Shown piece after piece: positions 25,349-33,693 of a stretch of 46,426 nucleotides of DNA. Every line of letters starts with the position of its first letter. Within the stretch, counting starts at the first letter, position 1. The stretch covers positions 1-46,426 of the IMG/VR virus record IMGVR_UViG_3300008085_000050; one strand, written 5' to 3'. Origin of the DNA: a virus. Lineage: Duplodnaviria; Caudoviricetes. A program made the translations under genes and the position numbers. Below the pieces are notes generated by a model that was given only the letters and a program-made list of their open reading frames with translations, was not told the origin of the DNA and ran no database searches.

Positions 25349-26941
25349 ATGGCACTATTAATTGGCATTCGTTCCCGTAAATCGGGCGTAAATTTTTCAG
25401 AAGCTACACACGCCTATGGTGTGCAGTGGGATGTGTTAAACAGCAACCCTGCAGTTACCCGCATAGGCGCACTCGCGTTGCACACCACACTGCCGGTGCA
25501 TAACCAGGTTAAAACATGCCTCCTGCTCGACAACGGCACAGTTAATTACTACCTCAAACCCGATGACTGGACAAAAAAAGCCGATGGCAGTGCCAGTGAC
25601 CTTACCGGTACCGACGGGCAAATTATGGTTGAAATACCCGCTTTTTACTGGAAGTTTGAAACCGACAGCAACATCCGCCAGGTTATGGTTTCGAAATACC
25701 CGCTAACCGGTTATACTCAAGTGCCCAAAATGTATGTGAGCGCTTACGAGGCCGCGCTCCAACGCAGCAACCTTAAACTGGCAAGCGTAAAAAATACAAC
25801 AGCCGATTTTCGTGGCGGCAGCAACAATACCGCATGGGACGCTGCTTACAATACACAGCTTGGCCGCCCGGCTACAAGCATCAGCCGCACAAATTACAGA
25901 ACTTACGCCCGCAACCGCGGCGCCGGCTGGCAAATGTACACCTACCAGGCACACACCGCGCTGTGGTGGCTGTTTGTAACTGAATATGCAACGCTCAACA
26001 GCCAGGCAAACGTTGAATATGCGCTTACTGCCGAAGGTTATAAACAAGGCGGCCTTGGAGCAGGGGTTTCTGCGCTCGACAGCACCAGATGGAGCCACCT
26101 TACCGCTTATAACCCCGTTATTCCATGCGGCGCTTCCGATAGCATTGGCAATGGTTCAGGCGATGTTTCGTTCACTATGCCTTTCGAGTATAACGCAATA
26201 CCGGCAACATTCGTAAATCTGTATAGTGCTGCCACTGCCTACACTGTTGGCCAGTACACTTCGTACAACAACGCATTGTACAAGTGCATACTAAACTCAA
26301 CGGGTAATTTGCCAACAAATACCACCTATTTTACAGCAGTTTCGTTATTTCTGGGCGAATACAATGCTGCCACAACCTACCAGCCCGACGATTTTGTTTC
26401 TGTGGGCGCAAACTTGTATAAGTGCATACTCGAATCAACCGGCAATGCCGTTGACAATACAACATACTGGACCGCCATAACGCGCACCACCACCCTGGTG
26501 AACCGCTACCGTGGTGTTGAAATGCCGTTTAGCCATATATGGAAAAATGTTGATGGTATTAACATTAATATACAAGCCGACAGTGCCGGGGCCGAATCGC
26601 AGGTGTGGGTAGCCGATAATCCTGCAGACTGGAACGACAGCAATTATACAAACTATGAAAACCGCGGACTAATCAACAGGGGCAATGGTTATGTATCAGC
26701 CATTCTTTTTGGTGCAAAAGGTGACTGGTTGCCAACTTCAGTAACCGGTGGCAGCGCTACCTTATATTATTGCGATTACTTTTACACCTCGATTCCTGCC
26801 TCCGGAGAGAACCTTCGCACACTGCTCGTGGGCGGCCATGCGAGTAATGGGGCTTATGACGGTTTCGTTCATGCGCATTCGATTAATGCTCCTTCGCTTA
26901 CGTATGCGCATCTCGGGTCGCGCCTTTGCTTTTTACCGTAA
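25349..26941 (+). CDS. DGR target protein: putative receptor-binding protein with C-type-lectin-like C-terminus and two CBM5/12-like inserts
   Basis: ATG at 25349. Motifs GQIMVEIPAFYWK, YVSAYEA, EYATLNSQ, YRGVEMPFSHIW and the terminus LLVGG...LGSRLCF. The 3' end is the VR. Confidence 0.85.
   Translation: MALLIGIRSRKSGVNFSEATHAYGVQWDVLNSNPAVTRIGALALHTTLPVHNQVKTCLLLDNGTVNYYLKPDDWTKKADGSASDLTGTDGQIMVEIPAFYWKFETDSNIRQVMVSKYPLTGYTQVPKMYVSAYEAALQRSNLKLASVKNTTADFRGGSNNTAWDAAYNTQLGRPATSISRTNYRTYARNRGAGWQMYTYQAHTALWWLFVTEYATLNSQANVEYALTAEGYKQGGLGAGVSALDSTRWSHLTAYNPVIPCGASDSIGNGSGDVSFTMPFEYNAIPATFVNLYSAATAYTVGQYTSYNNALYKCILNSTGNLPTNTTYFTAVSLFLGEYNAATTYQPDDFVSVGANLYKCILESTGNAVDNTTYWTAITRTTTLVNRYRGVEMPFSHIWKNVDGININIQADSAGAESQVWVADNPADWNDSNYTNYENRGLINRGNGYVSAILFGAKGDWLPTSVTGGSATLYYCDYFYTSIPASGENLRTLLVGGHASNGAYDGFVHAHSINAPSLTYAHLGSRLCFLP
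26822..26935 (+). repeat. DGR variable repeat (VR), including IMH
   Basis: Aligns without gaps to 27064-27177 (offset 242). 14 of 15 mismatches lie at TR adenines. Confidence 0.95.
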
Positions 26942-26977
26942 CCGGAATACGATAGGCGAAGCGCGAAGCACGGAACT

Positions 26978-27020
26978 CCGACCCGAATTATGAGGGTCGG
27001 GCGAAGCCCCGATTTTTTTT
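26978..27020 (+). terminator. Hairpins downstream of VR (DGR target-recognition hairpin and/or terminator)
   Basis: CCGACCC-N9-GGGTCGG (26978-27000) overlaps GGGC-GAA-GCCC, which is followed by a T-run. Confidence 0.65.
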
Positions 27021-27063
27021 ATATTTTTGAGTTCTTTAAAATAATGGTTGTTTACCTGTGACC

Positions 27064-27177
27064 CTGCTCGTGGGCGGCAATGCGAATAATGGGGCTAATG
27101 ACGGTTTCGTTAATGCGAATACGAATAATGCTCCTTCGAATACGAATGCGAATATCGGGTCGCGCCAATGTTTTTTA
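27064..27177 (+). ncRNA. DGR template repeat (TR); the DGR RNA probably extends into the 27178-27290 spacer
   Basis: Intergenic copy of VR with 11 in-frame AAT codons at the positions that vary in VR. Confidence 0.93.
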
Positions 27178-27371
27178 ATACACAGGTAAAGGCCTTGCCT
27201 CTTGGCAAAAAATAAATACGTAAAAAAGGAGTGCTGGTAACCCGGTTCACATCGGGCGAAGGCTCTCCTGAAACAAAGCAAAACAAGCACCATACTTCAG
27301 TATGGTGATTTAAACGACAAAACAACCCGCCCCGTGGTAAATAGCTGCGGAGCACAAAACAAATTAAAAAA

Positions 27372-27806
27372 ATGAATGGCAATTGCAACTACCAACCACC
27401 TGCAACTGTACCGTATTCAAACACGGGCGGCGGCCAGGTAAATTTCATGGTTTCGCGAAACGACAAGGAAGACGCTGACGGCAAAATACAGGAAAACTGG
27501 GATTACCAGGTTGCCGAAGTAAGCGACTTTAAACGCGAAACCATTATTGCTGCTATTATTCGCGAAAAATATAGCCAGCACGCCGTTGAAGCAATTATTA
27601 ACAATCACCTTACCGGAGAAGATGCCGGCGAGTTCGCACAGCTCCAGAACTGGCGAAACCTTGCCAAAGCCGTGGCCGATGGGTTGTACATGAAAACCGA
27701 CCTTCAGGAAACTTTATCTGCAGAAATAATCGACCGCTTAACCAAAATAGACGAAACACTGCAGGCCGTAGCCGAAACATTAATCGAGAAAGGAATAACA
27801 CCATGA
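27372..27806 (+). CDS. Hypothetical protein between TR and RT
   Basis: 144-aa ORF with a helical C-half (IIAAIIREKYSQHAVEAIINN...QNWRNLAKAVA). Confidence 0.75.
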   Translation: MNGNCNYQPPATVPYSNTGGGQVNFMVSRNDKEDADGKIQENWDYQVAEVSDFKRETIIAAIIREKYSQHAVEAIINNHLTGEDAGEFAQLQNWRNLAKAVADGLYMKTDLQETLSAEIIDRLTKIDETLQAVAETLIEKGITP

Positions 27807-27964
27807 CACCAACCGAAAAAATAGAAAAATACCTCATTAAAAGGGGTGTTACTTTTGAAGAAAAAAGCAAGGTAAAACAAAAGGCATCACATATATCAAC
27901 GGCAGCAAAACAAAAAGAATTGCTGCTTACCATTGCTGCCGATTTAGGGTATATTCAACTGTAA
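27803..27964 (+). CDS. Small basic protein (53 aa, not in ORF track)
   Basis: ATGA-coupled to the previous gene: MTPTEKIEKYLIKRGVTFEEKSKVKQKASHISTAAKQKELLLTIAADLGYIQL. Confidence 0.6.
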   Translation: MTPTEKIEKYLIKRGVTFEEKSKVKQKASHISTAAKQKELLLTIAADLGYIQL

Positions 27965-27993
27965 ATAATATTTATTATTTTCACCGGCCAAAA

Positions 27994-29253
27994 TTGCTGC
28001 CGGTGAAACGCGTATCTGCTTTATACAGTAAAATAACCGACCTCGAAAACCTTCGCCTTGCCGACCAGAAAGCGCGCAAAGGCAAAAAGTATTCCCGTGG
28101 GGTGTTGCTACACGATTTGTCGCGCGACGAAAACATTTTCAAGCTGCACACCACGCTTTGCAGCAACAGTTTTAAAACATCGCCCTATTTTGTATTTAAA
28201 ATTTATACCCCCAAAGAGCGCGATATTTACCGCCTGCCTTATTACCCCGACCGCATTGTTCACCACGCCATATTAAATATACTCGAACCATTGTGGGAGT
28301 CGCTGTTTACTGCCGACACCTATTCGTGCATCAAAGGCCGCGGCATACATGGTGCAGTAAGGGCAATAAAACGCGATTTACACGACACCGAAAATACCCG
28401 CTTCTGCCTTAAACTCGATGTGCGTAAATTTTACCCCAGCATCGACCACGATATACTAAAACAAATTATTGCCCGTAAAATAAAATGCCCCGAAACACTG
28501 GCATTGCTTTCCGAAATTATCGACAGCACCAGCGGCGTGCCCATTGGTAATTATACAAGCCAGTATTTTGCCAACCTTTACCTGGCTTATTTCGACCACT
28601 GGATAAAAGAACAAAAACAGGTAAAATATTACTACCGTTATGCCGACGATATTGTTGTTCTGGCCGCCACAAAAGAAGAACTCCACCAGCTTTTCGAAGA
28701 AATAAAACAATACCTCACCGCCACCCTCACAATCGATGTAAAAAGCAACTACCAGGTATTTCCGGTAACCGCCCGCGGGGTCGATTTTGTTGGGTACCGA
28801 TTTTTTCACACCCACACATTATTGCGGAAATCAATTAAAAAACGTTTCGCCCGGGCAGTAGCCCGCAAAGGCAATTCGTTGCAGGTACATGCCGCTTACT
28901 GGGGATGGGCAAAACATTGTAACAGCATCAACCTATTAAAAAAGCTAAATATGAAATTGTTTTCAGATCTGAACGTTCCGGCGCCAACCGGCTCATTTAT
29001 TGGCGAAAAAATAAAAATAGCCAAAATCATGAACCGCGAAATTGTTATACTCGATTCGCGCATCGACGATAGCAAATACCCCAAAAACAAATCGGGCAAG
29101 GTGCTCATGCTCCAGCTCGAAGTGGACGCAGAAAAGCGCATCCTCTTTACCGGGTCCGATGTGCTAATCGGGCAAATTCAGCATGTAAAAAAAGAAGACT
29201 ACCCCTTTAAGGCCACCATCGTAAAAGAAGGCGAATACTTCCAGTTTACATAA
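27994..29253 (+). CDS. DGR reverse transcriptase with an extra ~100-aa C-terminal domain
   Basis: KERDIYRLPYYPDRIVHHA, LKLDVRKFYPSIDH, GVPIGNYTSQ (DGR-type GxxxSQ), YYRYADD, VDFVGY. The start may be the GTG at 28003. Confidence 0.93.
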   Translation: MLPVKRVSALYSKITDLENLRLADQKARKGKKYSRGVLLHDLSRDENIFKLHTTLCSNSFKTSPYFVFKIYTPKERDIYRLPYYPDRIVHHAILNILEPLWESLFTADTYSCIKGRGIHGAVRAIKRDLHDTENTRFCLKLDVRKFYPSIDHDILKQIIARKIKCPETLALLSEIIDSTSGVPIGNYTSQYFANLYLAYFDHWIKEQKQVKYYYRYADDIVVLAATKEELHQLFEEIKQYLTATLTIDVKSNYQVFPVTARGVDFVGYRFFHTHTLLRKSIKKRFARAVARKGNSLQVHAAYWGWAKHCNSINLLKKLNMKLFSDLNVPAPTGSFIGEKIKIAKIMNREIVILDSRIDDSKYPKNKSGKVLMLQLEVDAEKRILFTGSDVLIGQIQHVKKEDYPFKATIVKEGEYFQFT

Positions 29254-29294
29254 ACCACTCGCCACTTTTCCCCAATCATGTTCAGAATACCTGT

Positions 29295-29373
29295 TTACTG
29301 AGCAGGTAAATTCCATTCACCTGCTCAGTAATTTCATTTAACACTGTCAATCTCCCGACGTTGACATGTTAAA
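29295..29373. terminator. Two hairpins downstream of the RT gene
   Basis: Perfect 13-bp IR TTACTGAGCAGGT 29295-29307 / 29319-29331, and TTTAACA-C-TGTCAA...TTGACA-TGTTAAA. Confidence 0.55.
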
Positions 29374-29460
29374 TCAGTAGCACTTTCTTCTTTGCCTCTG
29401 CCTTTGCCTACTGCCTACTCCCCCCGATAGCTATCGGGGCTCCCAACTGCCAACTCTTTT

Positions 29461-29498
29461 TCTGTCCTTTCCGGTTTATCCACAAAAGCTTAAATTTC
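29461..29498 (+). promoter_or_regulatory. Putative late promoter 3
   Basis: TCTGTCCTTTCC-N18-TAAATTTC. Confidence 0.65.
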
Positions 29499-29533
29499 AG
29501 CTTTAATTATTAATCATTAAAATTTTTACACCA

Positions 29534-29950
29534 ATGAAAAAGATTTTGTTTTTTATTTCTCTTTTGTTTGCGGTGATTTGCTACGCAGCCCCGCCACCCG
29601 GTTTAGTTCCTGACCCGGTAACCGACCAGTGCGGTTTTGTAGTCCAGGTTCAGGATAACCAAAACGTAACCGTTTATAATTTTGATGTGCAGGAGGTCGC
29701 GTTTAATTACCTTGGCAATTTTGAAATGGCCAGTTACCAGGAATACATGTTTAACCCGGTTGCGAAGCTGGAATTCCCGGTGATGGTGATGAATGAAAAT
29801 TATTTTGCTTTCGCGCAAGAGTTAAATAAACCGCCCTCGTTACTATCCGATGGGCTTATAAATAATAGAAACTACTTGCGAAACACTCACTATTGTTATT
29901 GTGAGAACAAACAAAATTCGAATTACGGTTATCCATTTACAGGTAATTAG
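29534..29950 (+). CDS. Hypothetical exported protein (monocistronic)
   Basis: Signal peptide MKKILFFISLLFAVICYA. Has its own promoter motif and terminator. Confidence 0.7.
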   Translation: MKKILFFISLLFAVICYAAPPPGLVPDPVTDQCGFVVQVQDNQNVTVYNFDVQEVAFNYLGNFEMASYQEYMFNPVAKLEFPVMVMNENYFAFAQELNKPPSLLSDGLINNRNYLRNTHYCYCENKQNSNYGYPFTGN

Positions 29951-29985
29951 TTTTTTCATATTTATTGGTTTAATTAGGTTGATTG

Positions 29986-30015
29986 CCCCTGACGTTTATC
30001 GTCAGGGGTTTTTTT
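29986..30015 (+). terminator. Intrinsic terminator
   Basis: CCCCTGACG-TTTAT-CGTCAGGGG followed by T7. Confidence 0.85.
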
Positions 30016-30075
30016 ATGCCTTTGCCTACTGCCAACTGCCTACCCCCGATAACTATCGGGGCTGCCTACTGTTTT

Positions 30076-30113
30076 TCTGTCCTTTCCCATCCCCCCTGCC
30101 CCCTGTAACTTGG
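30076..30113 (+). promoter_or_regulatory. Putative late promoter 4 (portal operon)
   Basis: TCTGTCCTTTCC-N18-TAACTTGG. Confidence 0.7.
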
Positions 30114-30125
30114 CAAAAAAAAACA

Positions 30126-30404
30126 ATGGCAGCAACCATCAGGCGAAACCTGGCACTGAAAGAATACGACATTAAGGAACTACCCACGGGCAAACAACCG
30201 GTGTTCAGTATAAAATTCATCAAAAACAATGGCGAACTGGTATTTATGCCCCGCGCCGTTGCCTGCGGGCTGAATGCAAATATGAAATCGAACCGTTTGC
30301 GCGGGTTTATTCCCGTTGATGCAAATAATGAAGGAATAGGCCACCCAACCCCGGTTAACATCGATGCAATTATCGAATGGAACGGAAAGAAAGTCCAATT
30401 GTAA
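30126..30404 (+). CDS. Hypothetical phage protein
   Basis: ATG at 30126 after the promoter motif. 92 aa. Confidence 0.7.
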   Translation: MAATIRRNLALKEYDIKELPTGKQPVFSIKFIKNNGELVFMPRAVACGLNANMKSNRLRGFIPVDANNEGIGHPTPVNIDAIIEWNGKKVQL

Positions 30405-30438
30405 ATGAAAAATGAAAAATATAAATTAAAAAAAGGAA

Positions 30439-30539
30439 TTACCCCGGCCCTAAAGCCTGCCCGACGTTCAGGCGGGGGAGTAAAGAACCATCCAACATAT
30501 TTTGAACTACGGGAAAGCTCCCTTTAGGGCGGGGGGTAA
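30439..30539. repeat. REP/MITE-like palindromic element, copy 2
   Basis: Same termini and nested hairpin as 23294-23385. Confidence 0.8.
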
Positions 30540-30573
30540 TTTTTAATTGACAATTTTTAATTTCTAATTGAAT

Positions 30574-31935
30574 ATGGCAAACTTAGTTTTTAACAACAAC
30601 GGCGTTCCGCTGGTAGGCTTTGGCACCCGCAGCGGCATGTACATGAGTACCCCGGGCGCACCCGATGCAAAACCTAAAAAGGTGGCCGAACCTACCGACA
30701 ACGACCCCGATAAAACACTGGCCGGAAATATCGAAATTGTCGACTGGGGCGCCGGTAACCGCTTCCCAACCGATGCCGACGCTATCATTAACTCGGTTTC
30801 AGTACTCAATTCCGGACTAAAATTTATCCGTAATTTTACGCTGGGGCAGGGCATTTTTCCGGTTACCGTTGAAGGGTACGACGACGACGGCAATGAAGTG
30901 CTGAAACCCATACAGGAAACGAAAATTCAAAACTTCGCCAAAAGCCGCCTGGTGCGCCGATACCTCGAAAAGGCAACCCGCGATTACCTGAAGTTTGGCC
31001 CCGCCTTTGTACAGTTGCTGCCAAACACCGATGGAAGCCAGATTGTGGGCATCAACACCATCAACGCCAAATACTGCCGCCTGAGCCGCGCAAACGCCAG
31101 TGGTATTATCGAAAAATGCATTGTTTCGGGCAAATGGCCCGATACGCCCGGCGATGGCGAATTTACAACCATCGACGCGCTCGACGAGTACGATCCGCAG
31201 GCCGACCTCATGCGCCGTAAAATGGGCAAACAGGTAAAAGGCCGTACATTTGTGCAGGTAATCCGCGATTCGTGGAGCAACAACGAATACTACAGCTCGC
31301 CAATATGGTACACCGCTTACACCGCCGGGTGGGTCGATGTGGCTAAAAAAATACCCGCTTTTCTGAAAGCAGCTTACCAGAACCAGATTACCTGGAAATG
31401 GCACGTTCAGATTCCTTACGCTTTCTGGGATAAAAAATACCCCGAGGCACAGTTTAAAACCACCACTGAACGCGAAGCTGCCATTTCAGGTTTTATGGAC
31501 GAAATTGAGACCAACCTCTGCGATACCACCAACGCCAACAAACCTATTTTTACTTTTTTCGAAATCAACGGCCAGGGCAGGGCAGAGGAACAGTGGATTA
31601 TTAAACCACTCGAAAACAAACTCAACAGCGAACAGGATCTGATTAGTTCTGCCGCCGCCAACTCCGAAATTTTGTTTTCGCTAATGATTAACCCAAATGT
31701 TTTGGGCGCAGGTATGCCAGGCGGAACCTACGCAGGCAACCAGGGCGGCAGCAACATCCGCGAGGCTTTCCTGGTGAACATTGCCAACGCATGGCTCGAC
31801 CGCCAGAACCTGCTCGACCCCCTTGAAACTTACACCCGCTTTAATGGCGCGCCCGATAATATGGAATGGCGTTTCCGGAATACCATTCTTACTACTTTAG
31901 ATACAGGATCAGGAACCAAAAAAACTTTATCATAA
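30574..31935 (+). CDS. Putative portal protein
   Basis: ~453 aa. WGAGNRFP near the N-terminus, YYSSPIW, and NPNVLG...GGSNIREAF near the C-terminus. Size and pattern fit Bacteroidetes phage portal-like proteins. Confidence 0.65.
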   Translation: MANLVFNNNGVPLVGFGTRSGMYMSTPGAPDAKPKKVAEPTDNDPDKTLAGNIEIVDWGAGNRFPTDADAIINSVSVLNSGLKFIRNFTLGQGIFPVTVEGYDDDGNEVLKPIQETKIQNFAKSRLVRRYLEKATRDYLKFGPAFVQLLPNTDGSQIVGINTINAKYCRLSRANASGIIEKCIVSGKWPDTPGDGEFTTIDALDEYDPQADLMRRKMGKQVKGRTFVQVIRDSWSNNEYYSSPIWYTAYTAGWVDVAKKIPAFLKAAYQNQITWKWHVQIPYAFWDKKYPEAQFKTTTEREAAISGFMDEIETNLCDTTNANKPIFTFFEINGQGRAEEQWIIKPLENKLNSEQDLISSAAANSEILFSLMINPNVLGAGMPGGTYAGNQGGSNIREAFLVNIANAWLDRQNLLDPLETYTRFNGAPDNMEWRFRNTILTTLDTGSGTKKTLS

Positions 31936-32909
31936 TGCTTTTCACAACCATCGACGAAATAAAAAATTTCCTGCCCATTGGCGCCGGAAACGATTTTCTG
32001 AAGCTGAAACCACACATTCAGAATGCCGAAAACAAGTACCTGAAAGTATTGCTTGGCGCTGGAATGTATGACGAGCTGCAGGAATTCTACGAAGCTGAAT
32101 ACCCTGCCGAACCCACCAAAACGCAGGAGGCCACAAAAATACTCCTCGAAAAGGTGCAGCACGCCGTTATTCACCTGGCTTATTACCTGGGTTTCGATTT
32201 TATGAACGTTACAGCCAGTTCTGCCGGTTTTCAGCGTACCGAATCCGACAAACTGAAAGGATTGTACAAATACCAGGAGGATAACCTGAAACAGTATTTT
32301 TCCGACTCCGGTTTCAATGCCCTCGACGATGTGCTTGTTTTCCTTGAGGATAACATCGAACATTTTGGCGAGTTCAAGCTCGAACCGAATTACAACGCAC
32401 TTAAGCAAAGTTTCCTGCCAACAGTGAAAATTGTGGAGGAGATTCCTTTTAATATGCAGGGCAGCCGCCTTACTTTGCTCGCCTTGCAGCCATCGGTTAA
32501 ATTTGTTGAGGACACAACCATACGCACCACGCTGGGCGATGTCATTTATCTGGCGCTGAAAGAAGAAATGGTGTCCGATAATCCCGATGCCGGTTACGTA
32601 GCCCTGCTGCCTTACATACGAAAACCGTTGGTTTACCTTGCCAGCGCGCTGCTGATGGAAGAAACCGGCGCAACCCTGGGCGATAAAGGATTGTATTTCG
32701 AAAAAACAGATACAACGGTTCAGAATACAAAAATAAAAGGACCATCGGAAGCCGAACGCATTGCCGCCATGATTGCCCGCAACCGCAACATGGGTTATGC
32801 TTATCTCGATATGCTGAAAAGCTACCTTGCCACTAATTTCGAAATTTACGAGGGCACAACCGCACGCTTCAGCCGCGACAATACCGGCAAAAAAACATTC
32901 TGGGCATGA
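31935..32909 (+). CDS. DUF6712-like protein (putative head-tail connector)
   Basis: ATG at 31935 coupled to the portal stop. Two similar halves (AENKYLKVLLG / VEDTTIRTTLG). Confidence 0.6.
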   Translation: MLFTTIDEIKNFLPIGAGNDFLKLKPHIQNAENKYLKVLLGAGMYDELQEFYEAEYPAEPTKTQEATKILLEKVQHAVIHLAYYLGFDFMNVTASSAGFQRTESDKLKGLYKYQEDNLKQYFSDSGFNALDDVLVFLEDNIEHFGEFKLEPNYNALKQSFLPTVKIVEEIPFNMQGSRLTLLALQPSVKFVEDTTIRTTLGDVIYLALKEEMVSDNPDAGYVALLPYIRKPLVYLASALLMEETGATLGDKGLYFEKTDTTVQNTKIKGPSEAERIAAMIARNRNMGYAYLDMLKSYLATNFEIYEGTTARFSRDNTGKKTFWA

Positions 32910-33688
32910 ACACAATCGAAATAAAATATTACCCGCTCCCCCTGGTTCCCTGGCAGCGATCAGCGAAAGGAACACACCCCGAAAACTGGGAAGAGGTTAC
33001 ACCCGCGCAGCTCGTTGCAATTATTAAATCATTTCGCGGCGAAATCGAAACCAACGCCTTTCTGCATACCATGACAGGCATCAGCCGCCGGATACTCTCC
33101 CGTCTGGCGCCGTTTCACATTTATAACCTCGAAAACCTGCTCAGCTTTTTTTCCGACAAAAAACCATACAATACTTTTATAATTAAAAGTATTACGCTGT
33201 CTGGCAAAACATTTTTCGCGCCACAACCCAAACTAAAAAAAATGAGTTTCGGGCAGTTTATCTTTGCCGATACCCACTTCGGAAATTATAACTCTAAAAA
33301 CGAAAAATCAGAGGCTTCCCGGTTCCTCTCCGCGCTCTATTTGCCTGCAAAAACCGGTTTTTCTGAAGATTTAATCGAACAAAACGCTGTTTTCGATAAA
33401 ACCTCCCCCGTTTTGCTTGAGGCTGTCATTATTAATTACCTGCTTATAAAAGAGTGGCTGGTGCAAATTTACCCGCTGGTATTCGACACCGACAACGATG
33501 AGAAAAAACTCGATAAAGAGTTAAAAAAGCCAAAAGCACCGCGCGACCCCATGGCCTGGGTAAAAATATTCGAAATACTGGTTGGCGACGACCTCATTAA
33601 CCAGGATAAATGGGCCGAAATGCCCGTTCACAACATATTCCGCTTTATGAGCAAAAAAATTAAGGAAAACATGAAAAGAAAAAAATAA
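32906..33688 (+). CDS. Hypothetical phage protein (possible tail assembly chaperone)
   Basis: PENWEEVT and MSFGQFIFAD motifs. Coupled start. Confidence 0.6.
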   Translation: MNTIEIKYYPLPLVPWQRSAKGTHPENWEEVTPAQLVAIIKSFRGEIETNAFLHTMTGISRRILSRLAPFHIYNLENLLSFFSDKKPYNTFIIKSITLSGKTFFAPQPKLKKMSFGQFIFADTHFGNYNSKNEKSEASRFLSALYLPAKTGFSEDLIEQNAVFDKTSPVLLEAVIINYLLIKEWLVQIYPLVFDTDNDEKKLDKELKKPKAPRDPMAWVKIFEILVGDDLINQDKWAEMPVHNIFRFMSKKIKENMKRKK

Positions 33689-33693
33689 ACAAC

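Noticed and set aside
27372-27806. ORF as Avd
   Set aside because: Position and size are compatible, but it is acidic with a beta-like N-half and I see no resemblance to the basic four-helix-bundle Avd family. Left as hypothetical pending an HMM search.
27994-29253. RT as a group II intron, retron or Abi RT
   Set aside because: It has the DGR-type GxxxSQ motif rather than PQG, no visible maturase/endonuclease domain or retron VTG motif, and a TR/VR pair is adjacent.
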